A DNA stretch of 64,000 nucleotides, taken from NCBI GenBank assembly GCA_964188305.1, contig OZ076896.1; one strand, written 5' to 3'. Shown here piece by piece: positions 13,631 to 24,822 of this stretch (position 1 is its first letter; each line of letters begins with the position of its first letter). Made by a program: the position numbers and the translations under genes. The notes under the pieces were generated by a model. It made no database searches, was not told the origin of the DNA, and saw only the letters and a program-made list of their open reading frames with translations. Source of the stretch: Podarcis bocagei (lineage: Eukaryota).

Positions 13631-16506
13631 GAGGCATTATCAGAGTTCAATGGAGCATTCCAGCCAGGCCAAAACAGGGTCTGAAGCAAGGCCAGTGAGG
13701 GGTGTGGCCTGAGTACAGGGGGTGTGGCCAAGGGTTATTTCCAGACTGCAATTCCTATAATCTTTGAGGAGAGAAGTGCTTTTAAAGCACATTCTAAATA
13801 AATGCCTCTATGCTGGCCAAGAACCTTGGGAACTGTAGTCATGGACTTACATTTCCCAGCAGCCTTAACAAACTACAGTTCCCAGGGTTCTTTGGGGTGC
13901 AGAATGTGCTTTGAAGGTGTTGTGTGTAGTACAAAGTTAGCAGCTGCAAACACATGCCATGCTTTTAAAGCACAGATATATATCATAGCATGATTTCCAT
14001 TGTAACCGTAGGGACTTTGGGGCAGGGGTGAGGTGGGGAAGAGGCAGCTATTTAATGAAAATCAGACATTTTCTGCTGTGCAGTTTATATCTAAACAGCC
14101 CTTCAAGGGTCTTTTAACAAGTCTATAAACAGTCCTGGAGTTCCCAAAAACCATTTACAAATAAAGCTTTTCAAGAGCCATGTCCAATCTGAGCAAAGAA
14201 TACGGTGCTTTTCTCTCTGCGCATCTCTCTCTCTCTCTCCCTTTCTTTCTTTTAATAAATATTTAGCTTCAGGGAAGGGTGGGGGGAAAGGCCAAGGGTA
14301 ACAGAGAGCATCGGTTGTTTAGATTGCCTGGCCCAGGCTGGAACTCCCTCTTCGCAGCTGACCAGTGCTACATATAGGTTAATTTCCACATGGAGCTGTA
14401 GAAATTCTATCCCTGGTTTGTGAAGTTTGGGTCAAGCCAAAGCATGTTAATCTGTTTAGCATGTGTGCTTCGTGGAGGAGCCAGACCACCACCAGGCAAG
14501 AGAAGCAGCAGCCGCCGCAGCCGCAGTCCTTGGGGGTAGTTAATAAAGAGCTGAAGGGGGAGAGACAGCTTGGAGAAGAAAAAGAGAGAGGCAGAGTTCA
14601 GCTTGCGAGGTGGGGTGGCGCAGGGCATGTGTTTAAAGTTTCCAGCCTCTCAGAAAACTGAGAACTCTATAGATTGCTTAGAGCAGCAGCCACATGGCCA
14701 AATGCAGAGGGGATTGGGTTGGAGCAGCCAGAGGGAGAGGCTGGAAGAAGGATAGTTGATGGAGCCAACCTGATTGAAGAGGTGTTAGAAACTACTGTTG
14801 CCTCAGGAGATGCCCCTGAAGAGTTTAGGCTGGCCTTTGCAAACCTGGCACCCTCCAGGCAACTGAACAGGCTTGGAACTGGTTTTACATGTGTAAAACA
14901 CACCCTTTATATCCTTTGCCAGTTGGGACTTGCTTTCAATTGGTGTTCTTGGATCAGGGATGGGGAAGCTGTAGCACTCTAAATTTTGCTGAATTGCAAC
15001 TCCCATCATCCCTGACCATTGGCCATGCTGGCTGGGGCTGATGGAGTCCAACCACATCTGGTGGGCTACGGCTTCCCTGCTTAAGATTAACAGCACCCCC
15101 ATCCTATGAACATTTCCCTGGAAGCAAGCCTCAAACAATATGGGATTTCTTTCTTAGGAAATTTCCACAGGATCCAGCTGCATGTCCCACCAATTTCAGT
15201 GAAACTTAACCTTCAAGCAAGAGCATGTCTACAGTATAAACTTAAACCAGTTTCAAGTTTGTTTAAAAATTATCTTGGCTCCTAAACCTGGAAAACTGGG
15301 AACTGTAGGGTTTAGAGTTCTCTGATGAAGAATTTCCAGCATGTTCACAAAAAACTAAAATTCCCAGGGTACAGTTTTTCGGAGCAAGAGATGAGTTGTT
15401 TATGTGGTTGCCAAACTGGTTTAAAAGTTGAAGTTCAGATGTGCCCTAAATGAACTGAATAGGGTAAGCTGGAAATCATTTGGTATTGGCTATAAACTTC
15501 CAGCTCTCTCCCTCTCCCTCAACCATCCCTTTTACTGAGGTAGACACTTAAAGCATTTTAAGCTAATCAAAATATTTGCTGATGAGTATTTATTTTTACA
15601 AGGTCTCGCTTTTGGCTTTAGACTTCCCTTCAAACAACATATAGACTGCAGTATTAATTTGTTATAAAACCAAATGTGGTTGAGATTATTCTGCCCTGAC
15701 TCTGGAGATCAATCACTGGTGAAAATATATCTATTAGGGTAAAATAAGCTGCAAGAAGCACATCTTTCAGCAATTGACAACATAGCTTACCATGCGCTGA
15801 ACACATGTTCCCAAAAGATTTTTTAAAACTCTACTTTTCTGTTCCATAGAAGGTCTGACATTAAATCACTAGAAGCACCAATCCTATATAATTTATTGAT
15901 TTATAACGCTTAGATACCATCGCACATAAGAGCAAATCTCTAAGCAGTTTATGAAGAATATAATACATAGGAAAATCACAGCCAACCAACGGCATCAAAT
16001 AAAATGGTTGTTTTACATTCCTGTATACCCCAGAGAGGGCTTGAGGGTGTCTTCATCCAATCTGCATTACCCAATTTGTTTCTGCATGCCTGCAAACCCT
16101 CCCCCCACCCCGGGCTCTTGTTCAATAAAGCAGTTATCTGCACATGTGCAATAGCTGCCTCAAATGTACACACCTCAGCTTGACCACAGCTTGGTGGTAA
16201 ATTCTGAAGTGCTCCTCATGAGCCACCTCAGCCCCCAAGGAGAATCCAGAATGCACACAGCTGTGTCCATCCATCATTACTGTATGCCTGCACACGTCTG
16301 TCAAAGAGCAATAGTGCACAGTATACTGTATATCCTATTTATTAGAATTAGGGTGACTGCGATCCTTTTCATAATTTCCTGGGAGTAAGCCCCACTGAAG
16401 TGAGTAATGTTTCCTTCTGATTCAACTTACAAAATGCACCTTACCTGCTTCCAAAATATATCAGTAAGCAACAAATTTGCAAAAGAGGGCAATGCCGTAT
16501 TTATAG

Positions 16507-16857
16507 GTAAAGGTAAAGGGACTCTGACCATTAGGTCCAGTTGCGGACGACTCTGGGGTTGCGGCGTTCATCTCGCTTTATTGGCTGAGGGAGCCGGCAT
16601 ACAGCGTCCGGGTCAGGTGGCCAGCATGACAAAGCCGCTTCTGGTGAAACAGAGCAGCACACAGAAACGCCGTTTGCCTTCCCACTGGAGTGGTACCTAT
16701 TTATCTACTTGCACTTTGACGTGCTTTTGAACTGCTAGGTTGGCAGGAGCAGGGACCGAACGACGGGAGCTCACCCCGTCGCGGGGATTCGAACCGCCGA
16801 CCTTCTGATCAGCAAGCCCCAGGCTCTCTGGTTTAACCCACAGCACCACCCGCCACC
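16507..16857 (-). mobile_element. Sauria SINE, full length
   Basis: tRNA-like head, (ACCTTT)n tail, 14-bp TSD TGCCGTATTTATAG (16493-16506 / 16858-16871); homologous to the copy at 60991. Confidence 0.92.
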
Positions 16858-18846
16858 TGCCGTATTTATAGCCTTCAGCTATTAGACTCTAAGGTTATCA
16901 ATGGCCGCTGTATACCCTTTTGTATACCAGTTGTTGGGTCTCACAAGCTCCTGCTTGTGGGTTTCCCATAGGCCACTGTGAGAACATGATGCTGGTCTAG
17001 ATGAACCCTTGTCCAGATATACAGCCAGGCTGTATGCTCTTATCCTTTTCTCAGACAAAATATACTCTATATACCATTAATTGCCAAGTGTTCATGACTT
17101 AGAACATGTTTTCATCTATTTCCTTTCCCCTTTTGGTCTTGAATACATAAACAAAAACGGAACTTCTCTGCAAATAGGAAGATCCTGTCTTGTGTTTTTA
17201 GCCAAGATAAAAGCCACGGGGGTCAAAAACCGAAGGAGGCAAAGAGAGCAAAATGAATAGTCTGGTGCAAAAAGAAACTCAATAGAGGCATGTCTACTTT
17301 TCAGATATCGAAGGTGACATAGAATTCTGACTAGTCCATTTCCACTTCAGTAGTTTAGCCCCAAGTGACACAAAACTATATTTTTCTATATCAAAATGAA
17401 GTAGGTAGATGCATACTAAACATCAATGCACAGAAGACAAATGTTGTATCAAAATCTGCAGTAACTTTACTGGTTCAGACCTTGTGGCTAAGTCTAGGTC
17501 TCATCCTCACTCCTGATTTTGATCAGTGTGGCTGACCACAGACTCAGCCTTTCTCTGTAGTAGTTTTGTTTGCATAAGGGAAGTGATAGATTGTGCCTAT
17601 CATGTGCACATCAGTTCTGCTCTGTCAGATCAGCTGGGGACAGACAAAATGTCAAGATAGATCTCTATACTACGTATAATTAATGATTTTTTTTTAAAGA
17701 AAACTGTTATGTAGAGGAAAAGGTACAATCTGCATTGGCAATTTATTCACCTATTAAAATGGACATGGTTACACTTTTAGGCCAAATTTCCAGTTATCGC
17801 AAACATATGCTGACACATCATCTGCAAATAAGGCAGCAAGTCTGAAGCATACTTGTTTTAAACTCAGTGGAATTTACTTCTGATAATACATATCTGTTTA
17901 TTTAAAAGATTGATAACCTGCCCTTGATTGGTATCGACAACAGGATGAAGTACTACAAAAAAAATGTTTATTATTAAATTTGTATACTGCTCTTCATCTG
18001 TAGATCTCAGTGCAGTTCATAGCATAAAAATACAGGATAAAGACACAAAATATGTAATAAAAACAAGAACAAGACCAAAGCAAACCGATAATCCCCCCGC
18101 CTGCACCCCCCCCAGTTATAAGAAAGTATTATCAACATCATTAACAACAGCAGCACCAAACATGCAGCTAAAACAGCAACACGGATCTGAACACAGCAAG
18201 GGCTTAAACAGGTGCTTATTAAGAAACCTAAATGACTGAGCTCCAACATTTGTTTATTTTGATGGAACTTTCTTTCGCACATGTGGTCTCAGGAAAGAAC
18301 CCTTGTAGTATTCACCAGCATTCTGCAACCTTGTACCCCCCAGATGTTGTTGGACTCTATCTCCCATCATCCTTAGAGAGCTGGCTGGGGCTGATGGGCA
18401 TTGTAGTCCAACAACATCTGGAGGGCACAAAAACGGTCAGACCAATATTTATGTACGCAACTATGGCGGCAAGGTTATTGATTGCCAAAAATTGGAAAAG
18501 CAGCAGCGTCCCAACTAAAACAGACTGGTTATCTAAAATGATGGACTACTTCCATATTGCCAAACTAACAGGGAGGATAAGAGGAGATGTGGTACAAAAA
18601 GTGAATAAGGAGTGGGCTATCTTTAAGGAATACATCAAAATTTATGTGGAAAAAGTAGAATTTCTGACAGATATTGAGTGAATCCAGAAAATGATTAGAG
18701 TGAGAGTAAGTCAAGATAGAAGAAGAGATTAACGAAATAATGAAATGCGTTTAAGCTAGTTGGAAAAATAAAGTAGTGTAACAAGTCACTTGATGGGTGT
18801 CCGTGTGGGGTAGCAGTGTAGGTATGTTGATATGTATAGTATAGGT

Positions 18847-19836
18847 GGTGTTGTTGTTTAGTCGTTTAGTCGTGTCCGATTCTTCGTGACCCCATGGACC
18901 AGAGCATGCCAGGCACTCCTGTCTTCCACTGCCTCCCGCAGTTTGGTCAAACTCATGCTGGTAGCTTCAAGAACACTGTCCAACCATCTCGTCCTCTGTC
19001 ATCCCCTTCTTCTTGTGCCCTCCACAGGGACGCGGACTTATAGAAAATATTGGGGGGGCCCGGGAAAGCTCATGAATAATAAATAAGCTCATGAATATGC
19101 AAATAAAGTGGCTCCGGCCCTAAATAGGGCAAGCCACGCCCCCCAGCCAGCCGATTGGCTGGCTGGGAGGTGTGGCCAGTCGGGATTCCCCTGTTCTCGC
19201 GGGGGCTGAAACCGCCAGGAGGAAGGAAATTCCCCCCGGCAGTGCCTTGGCAGTGGCGGTGGTGCTGCGAAGCAGCGAGGCAGGAGCCCCCGCCCCCGGG
19301 GATTCCCTAATCTCGCGGGGGACGGCCGGGGCTCTCCGACTAGGGCGCGCGGCTGGCTGGCTGGCTGGCGAGGGAGCAGGTGGGGAGGAGGCGGGGGACG
19401 GCGGCGGCGCTCTTCTGGAAGGGCGCCCGAGATTATTGGGGGGGCTGAGCCCCCCCAAAAAATTTTTTGAGGGGGCTCGAGCCCCCTCAGGCCCCATGGA
19501 GTCGGCGCCTATGGCCCTCCATCTTTCCCAACATCAGGGTCTTTTCCTGGGAGTCTTCTCTTCTCACGAGGTGGCCAAAGTATTGGAGCCTCAGCTTCAG
19601 GATCTGTCCTTCCAGTGAGCACTCACGGCTGATTTCCTTAAGAATGGATAGGATTGATCTTCTTGCAGTCCATGGGGCTCTCAAGAGTCTCCTCCAGCAC
19701 CATAATTCAAAAGCATCAATTCTTCGGCGATCAGCCTTCTTTATGGTCCAGCTCTCACTTCCATACATCACTCCTAGGAAAACCATAGCTTTCACTATAC
19801 GGACCTTTGTTGGCAAGGTGATGTCTCTGCTTTTTA
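18847..19836 (-). mobile_element. BovB/RTE LINE 3' fragment, interrupted by a hAT element
   Basis: Translation KVRIVKAMVF...YGSESWTIKKADRRRIDAFELWCWRRLLR; (CAA)n-type tail; 11-bp TSD ATAGTATAGGT (18836-18846 / 19837-19847). Confidence 0.93.
19025..19513. mobile_element. GC-rich non-autonomous hAT element (489 bp)
   Basis: 8-bp TSD GCCCTCCA (19017-19024 / 19514-19521); imperfect 14-bp TIRs CAGGGACGCGGACT / AGTCGGCGCCTATG (10/14 match). Confidence 0.85.
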
Positions 19837-20814
19837 ATAGTATAGGTAGGTATTATATAGAGCAATGTAGGTATGTTTTATGTTATGAAAATAAGGTAGT
19901 GTGTTATGTATGTGTATTGTGTCATTGTATATGTATGTGTTTTATATGTTAATAAAAAAAATAAAAGAAAGGGGAGAAAATGGGGAAAAAACATCTGGAG
20001 GGCACCAGGTTGGGAAAGGCTGCATTAAACCATCAGGCCTAAGATTGTGCTTTGCATAGTTCCATCACAAGACCACTGTGTACACAAAAGAAGAGTGGAA
20101 ATCGAAACCTCTGTGGAACTTTCTTGGAGGTCCCTGCTCAACCAAAAATGCGCTTTTCTCATTACAGCTGAGCAAACAATACAGTTGGAAAGCTTGCTGT
20201 GGTGAGGCCTGTTCCACTAACTTCAAAGAAAATATCACTGAAATGAAATATTAACAAGCTCTCATATTTGAGTTTTACAAACAAAGAACGTCATGATTAG
20301 AAGTCCTTATAACTACTCCTGATCCCTTCTTGCAATCATTGTGTTAAAACTCAGGGCTCAATCTCCTGGAAGCTTCTCCAGCACAGATTTCCATTTAAAT
20401 GGAAGGAAGCTGATATCCAGAATCACCTCCATGAGCATCTCTTTGCAGAAGATGCCATTTTTGAAAAAGGAAGCTTTTTCTTGACCAGTGCTAGAGGGCA
20501 TAGCAGCCTGAGAAGATCATATAATCTAAACTGAGGAACCTGGAATCCCCCAGATGTGCCTGGCCTCCAGACCCCATCAGCAAGGACAGGGTAGAGGTTG
20601 TAATTCAGCAATATCTGGAAAGCTACAGGTTCTGCAAACTCTGATATAAAAACTCAAACCATCTTGACAACTTAGCCTTGTCGATGCCAATCCATTCCCA
20701 ATTCCTCTGTGATATCCACTCTCTGCTAAGTCAGCAGACTGATCTACAGACAGGACCATCTCAGTGGTGCCCTCATATTTGTGGAACTACCTCCCAAGGG
20801 ATATGTGTTTGGTT

Positions 20815-21018
20815 CAGGGCCAGCCCTACTGTTAAGCAGAGTGAGGCAGCTGCCTCGGGTGGCAGAGGCTGTGGGACAGGGAGTGGGGCCCTCTAAACAC
20901 CAATGTTGTGATGGAGAACACCATCAGTGTTCAAGTAAAAGTCAGCTTCCATACATGGAATGGAGGGCTAGGAGCTTCTCCTTCACCACAAACAGCAACA
21001 TTTCTTGTGCCAGCCCTG
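20815..21018. mobile_element. hAT-type MITE
   Basis: TIR CAGGGC...GCCCTG; 8-bp TSD GTTTGGTT / GTTTGGCT. Confidence 0.65.
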
Positions 21019-22723
21019 GTTTGGCTCCATTAGCCTTTTGGGTCACTTTTAGCTGAAGCAAAGAGCTGAATATTTAACTATTTAATGGTCTATAGTGCTG
21101 TTGGTTTATATAGTTTCAATAGGTTTACATACAAAGTGTTCTGCTGGCTTGTGAAACCTTTTGAACTGCTATTTTAAATTGCTGTAATTAATTAAAGCAC
21201 TGTTTTTGTCATTTTAAACATAAGCTGCCTTCTGATGACTTTACCCTTTAAAGGTGGCCTACACAGCACTTGGAAAGCACTGTGCAAGGGACTCTGACAG
21301 GTAAGTAGGACAACCCAGCTGTCAAGCTTCTGACATCATAATGACATCGGGTTATTGACAGGTGGGTTGTCCCATCCACCTGTCAAAGTTGGTTCAATAA
21401 GGATCTGGCCAGAAAAATGTTCCTCAAGCCTGAATGGAGTATCCTTAACATAAATATTTCATGTTTCAGCATTTGTTGCAGGTCCCCCTTGTTTTGGTAG
21501 AAGTCCATTCATAAGTCTGAGCAGCTTCTTTCAGCCAACCATTCAGAAGCCCTGGGAACTGAATCAAAGTCCATAGCTCATGAAGGAAATGTGGTAATAT
21601 ATTTCATTTTGAACTGAATACAGAGAGCATACATTTGTTACACAATCTCCCATGAACTTTTTTGACTTTGATTATGCCCAAGATCGATGGGGGGATGTGA
21701 CACTTTCCCTGTAAACTCCGGTCACAGAAATTCATATCCATTTGTTGAGCTTTCTCAATGACTTAGTCAAAATGTTTTATCATATGGCCAATAAAACCCC
21801 AAATATCAAACACCCACTAGATCACACATATTTTTACACTTAGAAATTACCCATCCGTAGTGAAAACATTTTCTGATTGGTTTTTGGAATTCATGGGTAC
21901 AGAGACAGACAATAAAAATTTACAAGCACAGGAGTAACAGAAGCCTGAAATATCCAGAACATGTTCCTTGAACAAATAACATAATCCTTGGCACATGGGA
22001 GCACATGGTTTGCTTCAAACATGTTTCATTTTGTCATCGCACCGAGTGCACAATCTCTCTCTTTGGGTGCAAGAGTGATTGATGTCCTTGGAAGAGTTGC
22101 TTGCAAGAACGAACGCGCAAGTTGCCAAAGCAAACACATTGGAGAGACGTGTACAGAAAGGAGAGCAGCACTCTTTGGGCGCAGATCTTGGTTTGGGGAG
22201 TTCACACAGAGGTCAGACAGCGAGCAGCAGAACAAATACAAACACTCTGCACACTTCATCTAAATAAATTATATGCAAAATTTGGCCTTCAGTAGATGTT
22301 AACAGAGCATTTACCACCCTTCCCTTGTGCCCATGGAGAATGTGGGCAGAATGCCAGCTTTCCCCCAGCTAATGATTTATCACCACTCCTTTTCATGAAT
22401 GGATTTATTGAGATTAAGAGCTCTTCCATTTTATTCCCCTCAAGCTGTTGCCATTCCAAAACAGATGATGTATCTTCTGATGGAGTTACCCTCTGTCCTC
22501 AGGGTTCAGCACTGGCTTGCTGGAGCACATTATCACACGTCGTTTGACTTTGGCTAGGTTGAGCTGGCCAAAGGAAGCTTTCACCCAGTGCGTTGATCCA
22601 ACTTCCTTTTTTGAACAAATCAAAGCACCTCTCAGAAGAAGTAGGGATCTGAATATGCACCACATCTTTTCAGTGATGGTTTAGGGTTGGGTCAACTTAA
22701 AAATCATGCCAAACAGAAAAACT

Positions 22724-24822
22724 GGTGTGTTTTTATTTTTATTATATGATATTTATTGAAAATTTTTGAATTACAGAGAAAAAACAAAGCAGAAAAAGAA
22801 AAGAAAAAACAAAGAAAAAACAAACCACATCAAATAATACAAATTCAAAAAACAAAAATACACCGCAAACAGACAAAAATAAATCCATCATTCTCAAATC
22901 CTCAACTCTCATTACCTTCTTTCTTTGACCTCCTCCTCCTCCCTTTTTTTGTATCCTGGTTAATAATTATCACAGCAAATCCTTTCCATATTTCATAGTA
23001 TTCTGTCATTACATTACCATAATCTATTTTCATCTTATCTTATAGAAAACCACCTTAAATCTTATTTTTACCGACTTCTCACAACCATAATATTCTTACC
23101 TAATTCTTTAAACATTTTTGCTAGAGCCAAGTAATTTCGTTCCAACATTTTTCTAACATTCATCAATTTTATAAAACAATCCTGGTAATAAAAAGAGAAA
23201 CAAAAACAATCCGATCTTCATCCAGCGTCCCTTCCTCCTGGTCCCGGGTTTTGTCAGTCCTTTTTATCCCATCGATCTAGTGCATTAACCTGGTAACCTA
23301 ATATCCGAGGCCCTTAACTCTCTTCCATGTCCCTTCCGCAGCTCTTCTTCATATTCTCCTTTCACTCGTGGGAACTCCAGCTTGGTGATATTTTTGACCC
23401 TTTTCAACAAATCAGCCCCTTTTCCATAGTCCAGACTCAACTCCATGTGGTATTTAAAAACATGTTTCAGAATCCCTCCAAAATTGAGAGCCCCCACAGC
23501 TCCAAAAATCTCACGGCCCATTGCCAGACTCAGAAAGTCCAAACATCCCTGCATAGGGGGGGGGGGGTCTATCCAACCCCCCATTTCCAAACCAATCCAA
23601 ACTTTATCTTTCCAAATCTGGCTTTTTCCAAGTTCATTTGTCAAATCCAAAAGCTCATGTTCCTGCAAGGCCGCAGCTCCCTCCATCTCTGGCGCCCAAG
23701 ATTCAGCAACATCCTCTTCTCTCATCTGCTCTGTCAGGACACACTCCTGATCTAATTCCTGGGTGGGCTCCACATAGTTTCCCACTGCCTGTTCAAAAAT
23801 TCTGGCCACATTAGTCATCAAATCCATCTTCTCACTTAACTGTTCCAGTAGGGCACTTGTTTTACAGAGAGCATACAACAGAGCCTCTGAATACATTGTC
23901 CTACAAGGTCACAAGTTCATTCCCACGATTGTAATCTGAGACAGCTGCAAGCTCCCTGGAATTAGTTACAGTTTCACAGTCTCCCTCTAGGGGGAGAACT
24001 TCTATTTGTTGTTGCAATAAAGTATCCTTTTTGAGATATTTTGTCAATATTTGTTCCTTTAAAGTGCCAAAGGAAACAGTGGAATCACTATGTTTCTCTT
24101 CCTTTAACTATCTGTCAAAAACGTTTGTCTCTGGTCAATGAGCTTCAAACGTCAGTCCTGACACCCCGCTCCAGGATCAGGACAGTGGAAAGTTACTTTA
24201 CTTTAAACTCACTTCTGCAGGTTTAAACAGTCCAAAAAAGATCCCCCTTCTTCTCCTGCTGCCGAAGGGGGGGTTCAACAATTTTAAATGATGAAAGCCA
24301 ATCCTTTAAAAGCGATTTTCTGAGCTCTAGTTTACGTTGTCTTTGCCTTATTCTGTCTACAAAGAAACAGAAGGCTGACTTCCTGTTTAGACCTTCCCGT
24401 TTCAGTACCAAATTGAAGTAAATTTTTAAGTCCAATTCCTTTCTGCTCGTAAGTCCTTATTTAAAGTCCGATTGTTCAAAGTTTAATTACTCACGGGTGC
24501 TTATTTTAGAAGCCAAATTGTCCCAGGAAAAAGGCAGCGCTCTCCGGCAACGGCTATGCGGCTTCGCTCCACAGAAATAGCAGTTGACTCACAGCACCGC
24601 GCCACTTCCCCCTCTTCACTTCGGAGCCCATTAGTGGGTTCCTTTGCAGGTTGGGGGGGCGCTAAGGGTGCCCGCTGAGTCCCATGGTCACAGGCTTCAT
24701 CCGCCTGTGATTTTTAGCAGGGTCCCCGCTTCGCCATAGCGGAAAAGACCCGTTTCACACAGAGCTAGTCCCTCCAGTTCAGAGGGAGTCCGCCATTGCC
24801 GATGGCGCCACCCCAGAAGTCC
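22724..24822 (-). mobile_element. About 2.1-kb L1-like retroelement lacking ORF2 (HAL1-like / non-autonomous)
   Basis: 10-bp direct repeat CAGAAAAACT at 22714-22723 and 24823-24832; CpG-rich 5' end beginning GGACTTCTGGGGTGGCGCCATC; one 203-codon ORF; AT-rich 3' region with AATAAA and an A-rich tail on the minus strand. Confidence 0.7.
23285..23896 (-). CDS. 203-aa ORF inside the retroelement, possibly a divergent ORF1p derivative
   Basis: ATG-initiated, sense to the element, helical and acidic N-terminal half; no motif confidently recognised. Confidence 0.3.
   Translation of the reverse strand: MYSEALLYALCKTSALLEQLSEKMDLMTNVARIFEQAVGNYVEPTQELDQECVLTEQMREEDVAESWAPEMEGAAALQEHELLDLTNELGKSQIWKDKVWIGLEMGGWIDPPPPMQGCLDFLSLAMGREIFGAVGALNFGGILKHVFKYHMELSLDYGKGADLLKRVKNITKLEFPRVKGEYEEELRKGHGRELRASDIRLPG

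Larger units (their letters stand above)
18429..19989 (+). mobile_element. 5'-truncated L1-clade LINE (ORF2 C-terminus and 3' UTR), interrupted by BovB
   Basis: IFMYATMAARLLIAKNWK...DWLSKM...EW..FKEY to the stop at 18681; A-rich tail with AATAAA at about 19950; 16-bp TSD AACATCTGGAGGGCAC (18413-18428 / 19990-20005). Confidence 0.85.
18318..20022. mobile_element. Old short palindromic MITE-like element, split by nested insertions
   Basis: Left part 18318-18428 and right part 19990-20022 join into the CCAGATGTTGTTGGACT...AGTCCAACAACATCTGGAGGGCACCAGGTTGGG family, also seen near 9625, 14955, 25045, 25425, 40255 and 58215. Confidence 0.7.
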
